Shown here in pieces: positions 28,755-39,056 of a DNA stretch of 64,000 bases. The first letter of the stretch is position 1. The number at the start of each line of letters is the position of its first letter. Origin of the DNA: Sedimentisphaerales bacterium (GTDB lineage: Bacteria > Planctomycetota > Phycisphaerae > Sedimentisphaerales > SM23-30); the NCBI GenBank assembly GCA_963666285.1, contig OY762711.1. One strand, given 5' to 3'. The position numbers and the translations under genes are program-made. The notes under the pieces are model-generated. The model was not told where the DNA came from. It worked only from the letters and a program-made list of their open reading frames with translations, and made no database searches.

Positions 28755-29390
28755 ATGAAGAAATTTTTAGTTTTAGCAATGGTTTTTGCTATGAGTGCAG
28801 TGGCTAGTGCAAGCTTCACTTATACTTATAGTGAATTATCGAGTCTTGTATATACTGACCAGGAATTATCCTTGACTGGTTATGATCTAAAACAAAGTGC
28901 AGATCTTACACCATTGGTTGGTAGTTCTGCTCCCTTGTATTTAGATGATACAAAAATGACAGGTCAATATGGATATTTTGCGGGTCTACTTGACAATGGT
29001 TCTCAAAGTGATCCTGATGCACAGTATGCTACAATTGGAACTACAGTAACAGTAGCAGATTCTGTATTTACACTCAACATTTCTAATGATAATGATGATC
29101 TTTGGGGTTACATGTTGTATGCGACAGATGGTTCAACGATAGTTAAAAGCACTGATTTTGTTTGGATTGCTGCTAATGGAACTGATACAGTCCCTTCTCC
29201 AAGTGCAGTATTAACACTTGATCTAAGTTCTTTCACATTAGGTGATAGCGTAGAGATAGGTGTTGCAATTGCTGCAGGTGCTGATTCTGACGTGTTCCAT
29301 AGCTCATTTACAGTTCCAGCTCCAGGTGCTATTGTTCTATCTGGTATCGGTACAGCTTTGGTTGGTTTAGTTCGTCGTCGTAGCCTTTAA
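28755..29390 (+). CDS. PEP-CTERM (VPAPG variant) surface protein, family A copy 2
   Basis: Same length (211 aa) and about 80% identical to 26295-26930 by manual count. Confidence 0.9.
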   Translation: MKKFLVLAMVFAMSAVASASFTYTYSELSSLVYTDQELSLTGYDLKQSADLTPLVGSSAPLYLDDTKMTGQYGYFAGLLDNGSQSDPDAQYATIGTTVTVADSVFTLNISNDNDDLWGYMLYATDGSTIVKSTDFVWIAANGTDTVPSPSAVLTLDLSSFTLGDSVEIGVAIAAGADSDVFHSSFTVPAPGAIVLSGIGTALVGLVRRRSL

Positions 29391-29450
29391 TTTTGACGAA
29401 TTAAAACTTTGATTGCTTGATAGTGATCAGTACAATTGAATTATAATTAC

Positions 29451-29486
29451 GAGACAGGATGCACTTAGTGTATTCCTGTCTTTTTT
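29451..29486 (+). terminator. Intrinsic terminator/attenuator between the A2 and B2 genes
   Basis: GACAGGA..CAC/GTG..TCCTGTC followed by TTTTTT. Confidence 0.7.
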
Positions 29487-29528
29487 TAAAAATTAGAGTA
29501 TTTAAGAATAATTATTGAGGAGAGAGAA

Positions 29529-30200
29529 ATGAAGAAGTTGTTAATACTAATATTGGTATTTTCGTTTGGGAGTATAGTCAACGCAAATTATGATCTTAAA
29601 GTCAAGATGCATACGACAACTCCGTATACTGCACAAATATTAGAGAGTAATATAGACGAAAGTACGATTGCTGGATTAGGTGTACCAACTCATACATCTG
29701 ATTCATTTTATACATTTTGTGTAGAGCAGGGTAGATATTATAATAACCATGGTATATATTATGCCTCTATTGATGATGTTGTATTAGATGGTGGTCAATA
29801 TGACTATGATAACAATGGTTATGCAGAGTTAGACCTGGTTGTTAAGAAACTATATGCCGCATATATCAATGAAGGCGGTTTGTCTTCATATGATATTAGT
29901 GGTAGTGAATTACAGAATGCAATCTGGGGATATATGTATGATCCAGATGCCGCATGGCGTATTTCTGATGATGTAGAAGCTTTTGTTGCTCGGACTGACT
30001 TTGACGAGCTATCCGAAGGGTATATGAATGTTAAAGTAATGAACTTATGGAGTAACTATAATTCAGATACCGGAATATTATATGGAGACAAGCAGTCCCA
30101 GCTGATTATGTTTGCTCCTGCGGTACCAGCTCCAGGTGCTGTGATACTAGCAGGATTGGGTACAAGTCTGGTGGGGCTTATTCGCCGTAGAACTTTATAG
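29529..30200 (+). CDS. PEP-CTERM protein with thioester-domain-like motifs, family B copy 2
   Basis: TFCVE ... LQNAIW ... KQSQLI, then VPAPGA-TM-RRR. Confidence 0.85.
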   Translation: MKKLLILILVFSFGSIVNANYDLKVKMHTTTPYTAQILESNIDESTIAGLGVPTHTSDSFYTFCVEQGRYYNNHGIYYASIDDVVLDGGQYDYDNNGYAELDLVVKKLYAAYINEGGLSSYDISGSELQNAIWGYMYDPDAAWRISDDVEAFVARTDFDELSEGYMNVKVMNLWSNYNSDTGILYGDKQSQLIMFAPAVPAPGAVILAGLGTSLVGLIRRRTL

Positions 30201-30238
30201 TAATCATTTATCAAATAACGAAACTAACTAAATTAATA

Positions 30239-30266
30239 ACCGTCAGCAGCAGCTGGCGGTTTTTTT
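30239..30266 (+). terminator. Intrinsic terminator
   Basis: ACCGTCAGC/GCTGGCGGT followed by TTTTTT. Confidence 0.8.
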
Positions 30267-30438
30267 ATGGTCAAAACAATAAATTCTCAAAAAAACATCT
30301 CTTTGATTTGCTCTCTGAATATTTAAATTGTACATTTTGCTACTGAATAACTTAGGGGAAACCATTCCCTGAAGTATTATTGAGCGTAGAATATAAAAAT
30401 AGAAAAAATAACGTCTTATAGAGATGGAGAGAGAAAAG

Positions 30439-31110
30439 ATGAAAAAAGGAATCATTTTGTTAGTATTATGTGCGCTGGCAATCCCAGCAATGGCGGGATT
30501 TGAACTTGGTCTGGTTAGTCTATCTAATCCAAATGGTGATGGCGGGCCATACAGTGTTGATGTCTATGTTGATGGTGAGTATGATTTTGATACTTTCTGT
30601 GTAGAGATGGATGACACTTTCAATCCTAATACTACATATTATGCTACTGTTGATGATCAAGTAATGTATACTCCAGGATGGGATACTGCAGGTAACCTGA
30701 CATCGCTGACAGATATTACCAAAAAGTTGTATTCAGCATATTTGAATGGGTCGCTGGGTAAAGGTCAAAAGGTAGGTTACTATTACGATATCCAGGAAGC
30801 TATCTGGCAGGCACAAGGCAGTGGTATTTTCAATATCCAGGACGCTGCTATTGCAGCAGCTGTATATGGTGATTTTACCGGGCTGGATATTTCGGGCTGG
30901 AACAATGTGAAGGTAATGAACCTTTGGAAGTACAGTTCATATAAAAGTGATGATTATTACGCATATAGTACAAGTTGTGACAAGGATTTTCAGTCTCAGC
31001 TAATTCGCTTGGGTAATGGAGAAACTGTTAATGTACCGGCTCCTGGTGCTGTATTGTTGGCAGGGATAGGTACAAGTATTGTTGGTATGATTCGTCGTCG
31101 TACTTTATAA
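30439..31110 (+). CDS. PEP-CTERM protein with thioester-domain-like motifs, family B copy 3
   Basis: TFCVE ... IQEAIW ... FQSQLI, then VPAPGA-TM-RRR. Confidence 0.85.
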   Translation: MKKGIILLVLCALAIPAMAGFELGLVSLSNPNGDGGPYSVDVYVDGEYDFDTFCVEMDDTFNPNTTYYATVDDQVMYTPGWDTAGNLTSLTDITKKLYSAYLNGSLGKGQKVGYYYDIQEAIWQAQGSGIFNIQDAAIAAAVYGDFTGLDISGWNNVKVMNLWKYSSYKSDDYYAYSTSCDKDFQSQLIRLGNGETVNVPAPGAVLLAGIGTSIVGMIRRRTL

Positions 31111-31137
31111 AGAGAGAGAAAAAGCTTAATAATACAT

Positions 31138-31176
31138 AGAAGCCGGCAGTTGATGATAGCTGTCGGCTTTTTTTTT
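31138..31176. terminator. Terminator between convergent genes
   Basis: AAGCCGGCAG/CTGTCGGCTT followed by a T-run. Confidence 0.8.
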
Positions 31177-32677
31177 ATTCTGTGATCTTGGTTATTATAC
31201 GGGTGAGCAGGAATTTAAGTTGCGGAATTGAACAATTGGGAATTGCCATTCTTGCTTTTTTACGGTATTCATTCAGCAGCAATTCGGCTTTAGCAACCGA
31301 TATCTTTTTTCCGTTGTTGGCAATAGCATTTAAAATATTTAGCTGGTTTACATCATTGTCTGTATCTTCCAGATCATCTTTAATCTGGTAGGCAATTCCA
31401 AGGTCGTCGCTCAGAATAGTTAACATTTCCAGTGTGTCATTGTCTGCACCACCAAGAATTGCCCCGCTGAGTAATGCTACTCTGAAAGCTGGAGAAGTTT
31501 TATCTCTATATATATTTAATAATCTATCCAGGTCACATTTATTACCGACAAGAGCAAGTTCTGCTCCCTGTCCGCTGCTCAGCTGCTGATGAGCTTTTGC
31601 AATTTCAATAAGAATTTTATTTACTATCGTAGAAGGGCTACATTGCTCAGCAATTAGTCTATAGCCGGTACCGATTAGAAAATCTCCTATATTGATAGCG
31701 AAAGCATCACCATACTGGTTATTTATTGTCGGCAGGCCATATCTTTCGTTATCATTATCTTCAATGTCGTCATGAACAAGAGAAGCTTTGTGAAAAAATT
31801 CAATTGCGACAGAAGTGTGAATAATGCTTTTTGGAAATACAGTATTTTTATCCTTGCATAAACAGTCGTATACTGCTGCGGTCATAATAGGCCTGTGTCT
31901 TTTTCCATCTCTGGCTATCCAGTCAATTGAGATTTGGCTGGTTTCTTCATTTGAGTCAATTTCCATCTTTTCAAAAAGAGCAGCAATATTTTCGTAGCTG
32001 AACCAGTTGCAGACTTGGTCTTTTATCCAATTAAAATCACTTTGTTGTTTTGTAGTGTCAAAGGGAGCAGATATTAGATCAAGAAGCCATTTGGAATCAA
32101 CTTTGGTATCTTTGCAGCCATCTTTGTTTAATGGAACAGCGACAGCAGGGACCGCTGCGTTATTGATATGTTCAAATACTTTGTCAAGAGCTTCAAAACA
32201 GCTGACGCCGATAATGCCCCGGATTTGCCCGGTTTTAATAAGCTCGGCAACGACCGGAGAGCCTTCCGCGATAAGGACGATATATCCAAGTGCTTTAGCT
32301 TTCTCTTCAATATTTAAGATGTCGCAACTGCCGCATTTTTTGCATACAAGGCCAAACTGGTCGTTGTATCCCTGGCACTTATCAGATGAAGCCAGGCAGT
32401 TTGGCAAGAGCAGCAGTCTTTTATCATACGGAACACCTTGCAGCCAAGGCATCCATAGGTGGTTGCTTATCAGAACCATTATTAAGGCAATATAACCATC
32501 ATCGAGGTTGTGAAGTGAGATAAACTCTTTTGCCAGTTTATATAATGTGTCAAATTCAACAGGCGGTACAGGTAATGTACTGCTGTTGGAATTAAGCCAA
32601 GCATTTAAAATATCAGATATCTCATTTCTGGTATCTGAATCCAGCGGCATTATATATTGTAATTCAGGTTTATACAC
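31175..32677 (-). CDS. DUF116 + polyprenyl diphosphate synthase fusion
   Basis: N-half LLPNCL..C...C..CGSC.I, GVSC, GCKDT (DUF116); C-half GKR.RP, LVHDDIED, YQIKDDLED. Confidence 0.85.
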   Translation of the reverse strand: MYKPELQYIMPLDSDTRNEISDILNAWLNSNSSTLPVPPVEFDTLYKLAKEFISLHNLDDGYIALIMVLISNHLWMPWLQGVPYDKRLLLLPNCLASSDKCQGYNDQFGLVCKKCGSCDILNIEEKAKALGYIVLIAEGSPVVAELIKTGQIRGIIGVSCFEALDKVFEHINNAAVPAVAVPLNKDGCKDTKVDSKWLLDLISAPFDTTKQQSDFNWIKDQVCNWFSYENIAALFEKMEIDSNEETSQISIDWIARDGKRHRPIMTAAVYDCLCKDKNTVFPKSIIHTSVAIEFFHKASLVHDDIEDNDNERYGLPTINNQYGDAFAINIGDFLIGTGYRLIAEQCSPSTIVNKILIEIAKAHQQLSSGQGAELALVGNKCDLDRLLNIYRDKTSPAFRVALLSGAILGGADNDTLEMLTILSDDLGIAYQIKDDLEDTDNDVNQLNILNAIANNGKKISVAKAELLLNEYRKKARMAIPNCSIPQLKFLLTRIITKITE

Positions 32678-32820
32678 TTAATATTCTAGGCCTTTTTATC
32701 AATTATGCAAAAAAATGAGGATGACTGGTAAAATTACCTGCCATCCTCGGATTATAGCATTTTTTTATAGTATTTTAAATACTATAACTTAATTTGTGTT
32801 AGTTAAAAAGAACTATGACA

Positions 32821-34026
32821 TTATGATTTTATCAGTGGCTTAACAATTCTATAAGTTTCCTGAGCAATAACAAGTTCTTCATTAGTAGGTATCATAAATA
32901 CCTGAACTTTTGAGCTGTTAGTTGAAATTACGGTTTCATTATTGGTGTTTTTTTCTTCATCCAGTTCAATTCCAAGGTAACTCAGCCCGTTAATAATTTC
33001 TTCTCTAACCAGGCGGTCGTTTTCGCCAACACCGGCAGTAAAGACAATTGCGTCCACACCATTCAACGCGGCAACATATGCACCAATATATTTGAGTATT
33101 CTATAGTTAAATGCATCAATGGCATTTTTAGCATCCTGATCGCCGTCAGCGGCAAGGCTATGTACGTCTCTCAAGTCAGAGGCTCCACATAAGCCTAACA
33201 TGCCACTTTTTTTATTCAAAAGGTCATTGACCTGCTTGGTGTCAAGATTTAGTTTGTCCATTATGTAAAGAAGTACGGCCGGGTCCATATCACCGCAGCG
33301 AGTTCCCATGATTATACCTTCCAGCGGGGTCATGCCCATGGATGTATCAATTACTTTTCCATTTAAAAAGGCAGTAATCGAACCACCGTTGCCGACATGG
33401 CAGGTGATTATCTTGCATTCATTGAATGGTTTGCCAAGTTGTTTGGCTGCTTTTTTAGCGACATAGCCATGACTTGTGCCATGGAAGCCGTATTTACGTA
33501 CGCCATATTTTTTATACAGTTCTAAAGGGACCGCGTACATATATGCTTTAGGCGGCATTGTCTGGTGTACAGCAGTGTCAAAGACCGCAACATTTGGAAT
33601 GTCGCCAAGGCTTTTCAGACATGCTTCAATACCAATTACATTTGGCGGATTGTGCAGCGGGGCCAGGTCATATCTATCTTTGATTGCCTTAATCACATCT
33701 TCTGTTATCAAACTGGAGTCAGTAAATGCTTCACCGCCATGGACCACTCTATGGCCGACACCTTGAACTTCGTTTATGTTGTCAACAACGCCGTGTTCAA
33801 GGTGAGTTAGTGCGTTTTCAATAACTTTCATAGCTTCAGAATGGTCGGGAATGTCTTTTCTGAAGTTAACAGTTTCTTTGCCTACAGGACTGTGAGTAAT
33901 GTTTGAACCTTCCAGGCCTATTTTTTCGACAAGGCCTTTGGCAACCAGGTTAAACTCATCACCCTCAATATCAAACATCTGGTATTTGATACTGCTGGAT
34001 CCACAGTTGATAACAAGTGTTTTCAT
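32821..34026 (-). CDS. ackA: Acetate kinase
   Basis: INCGSSSIKY, GHRVVHGG, LAPLHN, YGFHGTSH, PTNEE. Confidence 0.98.
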   Translation of the reverse strand: MKTLVINCGSSSIKYQMFDIEGDEFNLVAKGLVEKIGLEGSNITHSPVGKETVNFRKDIPDHSEAMKVIENALTHLEHGVVDNINEVQGVGHRVVHGGEAFTDSSLITEDVIKAIKDRYDLAPLHNPPNVIGIEACLKSLGDIPNVAVFDTAVHQTMPPKAYMYAVPLELYKKYGVRKYGFHGTSHGYVAKKAAKQLGKPFNECKIITCHVGNGGSITAFLNGKVIDTSMGMTPLEGIIMGTRCGDMDPAVLLYIMDKLNLDTKQVNDLLNKKSGMLGLCGASDLRDVHSLAADGDQDAKNAIDAFNYRILKYIGAYVAALNGVDAIVFTAGVGENDRLVREEIINGLSYLGIELDEEKNTNNETVISTNSSKVQVFMIPTNEELVIAQETYRIVKPLIKS

Positions 34027-34175
34027 TTTCTATATTCCTTAAAGTGTCAATCAGTTATATTTTACCGTTTTGGTGTAATAATGAAAAAGTTTCAGTTTAA
34101 ATATCGGCAGGTTATGTGCGGTGCTTAATTTATGGCGGGCAAACCGAATAATTATCGGTCACTAGGCGGCAGTAA

Positions 34176-34209
34176 TAAAAAAAGGCAAGTTCGTAGTGAA
34201 CTTGCCTTT
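34176..34209 (-). terminator. Terminator-like hairpin between pta and ackA
   Basis: AAAGGCAAGTTC/GAACTTGCCTTT with an A-run on the plus strand. Confidence 0.7.
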
Positions 34210-34216
34210 GGTTGTT

Positions 34217-35212
34217 TTACATACCTTGAATAGCTGTTATAGCGATTGTGGCTACAATGTCTTCTGCGGTACAGCCGCGTGATAGATCATTTACCGGTTT
34301 GGCTACACCCTGAAGTATCGGACCATAAGCACTAAAGCCTCCCAGGCGTTGTGTTACTTTATAGCAAATATTTCCAGCCCCCAGGTCTGGGAATATGAAT
34401 ACATTTGCATGGCCGCCAAGTGGGCTGCCGGGAGCTTTTGAAGAAGCAACACTAGGAACAAAAGCGGCATCAAACTGAAGTTCGCCATCAATGGCGTATT
34501 CAGAGCCAAGTTTGCTTTCAAGTTTTTCCTTCGCCAGTTCTGTAGCTTTAACGACTTTGGCTTGTCCTTCACCTTCGGCTGAACCTTTAGTTGAATAACT
34601 CAGCATGGCGACCTTGGGTGAAAAACCAAAGGATTTTGCTGTTTTTGCTGTTGCAAAAGCAATGTCTGCCAATTGTTCTGCATTAGGATCAATATTCAGG
34701 CCGCAATCAGAAAATAGGTAGGTCTCTTCGCCGCGGCACATAAAGAATAAGCTTGAAATAGTTTTTACGCCTTCCGCCGCTTTAATTATCTGTAAGGCAG
34801 GGCGGATAGTATCAGAAGATGAATGGATAGCACCGGCAACCAGCCCGTCGGCTTCATCCTGTTTTAGCATCATCATGCCGAAGTACATTTCGTCTTTGCA
34901 TATTTCCAAAGCTTTTTCGGGAGTCATTCCTTTAGCTTTACGGAGTTCGTAGAAACTATTGGCATATTCTTCCAGTTTCTCGGACTTCGCCGGTGCGATG
35001 ATGGCAAAGTCTTCTGGGTTAGCACCGGCAGCTTTCAAATCGCTGCTGATTTTGTCAATGTCACCAAGGATCGAAATTTTTGCAATCTTAGTTTCAATTG
35101 CAACTTTTGCAGCTTCGATCATTCTGGGGTCTGAACCTTCAGGCAGGACAATGTGTTTCACATTGGATGCGGCTTTTTCGAGAATCATGCTTCTAAATTT
35201 TTCGGTTGACAT
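34217..35212 (-). CDS. pta: Phosphate acetyltransferase
   Basis: IVLPEG, DCGLN, VAMLSYST, DGELQFDAA, GNICYK, VNDLSRG. Confidence 0.97.
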   Translation of the reverse strand: MSTEKFRSMILEKAASNVKHIVLPEGSDPRMIEAAKVAIETKIAKISILGDIDKISSDLKAAGANPEDFAIIAPAKSEKLEEYANSFYELRKAKGMTPEKALEICKDEMYFGMMMLKQDEADGLVAGAIHSSSDTIRPALQIIKAAEGVKTISSLFFMCRGEETYLFSDCGLNIDPNAEQLADIAFATAKTAKSFGFSPKVAMLSYSTKGSAEGEGQAKVVKATELAKEKLESKLGSEYAIDGELQFDAAFVPSVASSKAPGSPLGGHANVFIFPDLGAGNICYKVTQRLGGFSAYGPILQGVAKPVNDLSRGCTAEDIVATIAITAIQGM

Positions 35213-35761
35213 TATGTCCTCTCTCAGGGTAAGTGGTAATGCATTTATCTTATTGTTATCCAATAAGTTGTATTATGTATAAATATTTTTATAAGCATTG
35301 TAAATGCTGTATCATTTTAATGAAACCACATAAGTTCTTTTGAAACATTGTTCCTGGTTTGCTGTGCTAAGAACTTAAGTAATACCCCCTTAGAAAATAA
35401 TTATCTATAAATACAAATAGCTGTCAAGGTTTATTAGATAGCATTTTAAAGTAAGCTTAAAATTTATGTAAGGAGTTTATTTATAGATGATTATGGTGAT
35501 TATTTGTTTTCATATTATTGCATTTGTTTTAGAGTTAACTGCTAAATCATAAGTTCTGAAAACTCAAGTATATCTAAAAAATAAATATCTAATAACGAGA
35601 TTGTGCAGAATGAAAGTTTTGTTGATGTTTTTGACTTAATGGACTATTATTACTTAACTTAATAAGCTATTTATAATTATATGTAAGAAATATAATTTAT
35701 AAGATACAAAATAAATAATACTAGTCAATTTAATCAAGATTAGATGTAAACTGAAAATATT

Positions 35762-36580
35762 TTGAAAACAAAACATATAAATTACTGCGATTTAGAAGGC
35801 AAGTCGAAACAAAATAAATGCCAGGTCAGATATCCACATTATTTGAATTTTTTGGGATGGTTTGGTTGTTTTAAGAAGTACGATTGCTCTGAGGTGGTAT
35901 TGCCATGTTCTAGCAGGAGTGTATTTCCAGCTATGGCGGCAAAGCTGGCTGGTAAAAAGACTGTGGTACTGGTTTCGACAAACTTTGAAATATCTCATGT
36001 TTCCAAATTGTTACTGCAAGTAGCAGATGAGGTTAGAACATATTCTGCATCTCTGGAGGATGCCTGTCGATCAAGGAAAGCGGCAAACAACAAGATTGTA
36101 GATGTAAGTGGGGCGGTTCAGAGCGAGTTTCAACAGGGAATATCGTTAGTCTATTCAGAAAACAAGTCAGTATTGGCGATTTGTGGAGAGAATAATATAA
36201 ACGGGCTTTTTGATATTTTCAGGATATGTGCGTTGGTGTACAGGGTTATACCTGATATGAAGTTAGGTATTATTACGCATTTGGAAGCAGTTAAAAAGCA
36301 GGTGAGTCAATGGCAGGCAGATTATGGAACACCAGATATGTGCTTTTTCATTGAAAAAATTACAAATTCAACTGATAATGAGTGCTGTATTCATGCAGCA
36401 TTGTCCGGCCCTGGGGTAGTAGATTCCCCTGTGTTATTTGATCTTGCCAGAAAAGCTAATGTTAATGTAATAGCTGATAAGAGATCAGCAAGTGATTTTC
36501 CTGGCAGTGAAGATAGTTTTTGGGTAGATGGAACCCGCATAAGGCAGTATGCCTCTGCGTTACTAAAGATATTAAAATAA
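35762..36580 (+). CDS. Divergent GT-B-like (glycosyltransferase-like) hypothetical protein
   Basis: Weak alpha/beta pattern (AAKLAGKKTVV, NVNVIA); canonical nucleotide-sugar motifs not evident. Confidence 0.4.
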   Translation: MKTKHINYCDLEGKSKQNKCQVRYPHYLNFLGWFGCFKKYDCSEVVLPCSSRSVFPAMAAKLAGKKTVVLVSTNFEISHVSKLLLQVADEVRTYSASLEDACRSRKAANNKIVDVSGAVQSEFQQGISLVYSENKSVLAICGENNINGLFDIFRICALVYRVIPDMKLGIITHLEAVKKQVSQWQADYGTPDMCFFIEKITNSTDNECCIHAALSGPGVVDSPVLFDLARKANVNVIADKRSASDFPGSEDSFWVDGTRIRQYASALLKILK

Positions 36581-36583
36581 GAT

Positions 36584-37210
36584 ATGGAAAAGAATAAAAA
36601 GAGTAAATTCATATTTGTGCAGGCGTTGACCTGGGGGCGTATGCCGCTGATTCTTCTGACTTTGATTATTGTAGTTGCGATGAGCGAGAAGAAGACCCAG
36701 ATGGATACGGCCTGGTTTATTATAGCCTTTGCATCGATGGTGCTGAGTGCGGTGACGGACTTGTTTGATGGTTATTTTGCCCGTAAGTTTGAGGTTGTAA
36801 CGCGTATTGGTGGTTACCTGGATCCGTTGACGGATAAGGTATTTTATCTAACTGCTTTTCCCATGTTGGTTTATCTTGCAGGTTTGAAAGATGACAATTT
36901 TCACGCCAGGCTGCTGCTAGGGCTGGCGATATTGTTTCTGTTGAGAGATCAGTGGGTATCATTTTTGCGCTCGGTAGGAGCGTTATACGATGTAGATGCG
37001 AAGGCGAACTGGTCCGGTAAGGCCAGAACGCTAATATCGTTTCCAGTGATATGTATTGTGTTTTATTACCTGGAAGCTCCGACCAACTGGATGCACTTGC
37101 CAAAGTGGTTTGTGTATACTTCTGAGGCTGCTGGAATGACAATAAATACAATATCTATCTGGGTTTACACGGCGTATTACTGGCCGTGGATAAAGAAAGA
37201 GATGTCTTAG
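36584..37210 (+). CDS. pgsA: CDP-alcohol phosphatidyltransferase (PgsA-like)
   Basis: D..DG..AR.....G..LDP..DK motif; multiple TMs. Confidence 0.88.
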   Translation: MEKNKKSKFIFVQALTWGRMPLILLTLIIVVAMSEKKTQMDTAWFIIAFASMVLSAVTDLFDGYFARKFEVVTRIGGYLDPLTDKVFYLTAFPMLVYLAGLKDDNFHARLLLGLAILFLLRDQWVSFLRSVGALYDVDAKANWSGKARTLISFPVICIVFYYLEAPTNWMHLPKWFVYTSEAAGMTINTISIWVYTAYYWPWIKKEMS

Positions 37211-37319
37211 CTCATACTGACTGGTGGTAATTTTTGAGAGGTATTAAGTAATCAAAAAAAGTGCTTACTTATCTTACCTTGTTCTAAAAGCTTAGTATTG
37301 TGAACTTTACAGAGGGATG

Positions 37320-38813
37320 TTATATCGTATCGGTTGGTATTATCTTTGTGGCGTCTGCTAAGGTAAGGTTTGCCAGGTTCTTTTGGGTGATATCGCAAAT
37401 CTGCTGAAGTTCTTTTTTAAGATTCTGGTCTTTAAGTTCCTTGTATATCACAGTGTTTTCCGGGTTAAGTCCGGTTACGTCAAGTAGTTGTATCGATTCC
37501 AGCGGGCGGGCAGGCAGCCATGAAGTGTAAGGTGACATTTCGTCTTCAACCGGGCATATGACTTTTCGTTCGACGAGCCTGTCGATTAGAGACTGGATAC
37601 AGTCGTCAGGGAGGTTGAGGTTGTCCCTGAGCTGTTTGAACGATACAGGGCCTTCTCCGCGTGAAAACGGGCCGCAGATGGCCATAGTTGCAGCGAGGGT
37701 GTCGAGCGGCCCCAGGTTGATGGCTGCGGCCATTTCAGAGGATTCCATAACAGAGAGATTGGCGCTGGTATGGGCGATTACGGCACCATAGAGGAATATG
37801 GTCCAAGAGATATTGATCCATAGCAGGAATATAGGTATCAGGCCGAGGTTACCATATATGTTGTTGGGGCCAACGCACTTATGTACATAGAAGCCAAAGA
37901 AGAATTTGAGCAGGAACCATACAGGTACTACCAGAGTTGCGCCAAAAAGAGCCCATCTGAACTTTGTGCGGGTGTTGGGCATAAGGCGGTAAACAAGAGA
38001 GACCATAATTATGCCGCCGATGATGGGGCTGATAGTGCCCATGCTGCCGATGAATATGCCGAAAGCCTTAGTTGATTCGAGGTATTTCTGGGTGTTTTGG
38101 GCGATATACAAAGCACCGGTAGCGACGATTGGCAGTAATGTAACTACAGACCAGTAAAGCATTAAGCGTTTACCATAAGAGCGATTCCGTCGTGCCTCGA
38201 ATATGCGGTTGAGTGCTTTTTCGATGTCGGTCAGCATTGATAATGCCGAGAAGATCATAACAATAACGCCGATGACGCCGACGGCGCTGGCGGTAAGCTT
38301 GCCTTGTACGTTATCGACGAGTTTTTCGATCTCATCTGCGACGTTGTACTGGCGGTCGTATTTGGTTTTGCCGGCAGGTTCGGCAGCAGGTTCAGAGGAG
38401 CTGTTATCAGTAGATTCTGCTTCGTAAGTGTTTTTATTATCGGAGTTTGTTTCTGGTTTGACTGTTGGGTTTTCTGAGTTGTCAGTTTGAGTGTCAGTGC
38501 CGCTGGTGACCTTGATCTGGCCGATGCCGGCGTTGTCTAGGAACTGGCGGAGAGAATGTTTCCCTTCATCGACAGTGCCCATAGCGCTCATGATGAGAAG
38601 GCTAAGGACCAGCAGCGGGATCATAGCGAAGATAGTACGGAAGCTTAGCGAAGCACTCATAGCCATAGCGTTGAGGTCGTGCAGCCGTTTGAGGCTGAAC
38701 CTTGCGAGCTGGATCTGGAATTTGAGAAATCTTACCCCTCGGTTGAGCTCCTGGCCGGGAGATGAAGTGATCTTTTCGATCCATTCTTTTGTTTTAACTA
38801 TTTGTTTTAACAT
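37320..38813 (-). CDS. YihY/BrkB family membrane protein with C-terminal HTH
   Basis: SLSF.T.FA..P, IE.ALNRIF, IYG.LG.IP.FLLWI..SW. Confidence 0.9.
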   Translation of the reverse strand: MLKQIVKTKEWIEKITSSPGQELNRGVRFLKFQIQLARFSLKRLHDLNAMAMSASLSFRTIFAMIPLLVLSLLIMSAMGTVDEGKHSLRQFLDNAGIGQIKVTSGTDTQTDNSENPTVKPETNSDNKNTYEAESTDNSSSEPAAEPAGKTKYDRQYNVADEIEKLVDNVQGKLTASAVGVIGVIVMIFSALSMLTDIEKALNRIFEARRNRSYGKRLMLYWSVVTLLPIVATGALYIAQNTQKYLESTKAFGIFIGSMGTISPIIGGIIMVSLVYRLMPNTRTKFRWALFGATLVVPVWFLLKFFFGFYVHKCVGPNNIYGNLGLIPIFLLWINISWTIFLYGAVIAHTSANLSVMESSEMAAAINLGPLDTLAATMAICGPFSRGEGPVSFKQLRDNLNLPDDCIQSLIDRLVERKVICPVEDEMSPYTSWLPARPLESIQLLDVTGLNPENTVIYKELKDQNLKKELQQICDITQKNLANLTLADATKIIPTDTI

Positions 38814-39056
38814 AGTTTATGTTCGCTATGGTTTTTTATTGTCATATTTAAGTATAGTATCATTTTCGGAAAAAATTGGCATTGAAATTAGTGTATTCGC
38901 ATAAATATATATTAAATATAATGTTATAGCATGCAAGAAAAAAGAAATTGTAAGACTCGTTTAATAATACAGGTAAATATATGTTGTTAAAGGTGTTATA
39001 GTTGATATAATTGAAATAATCATTAAAACTTAGAGATCTTTTTTGAGGGCGCGATT

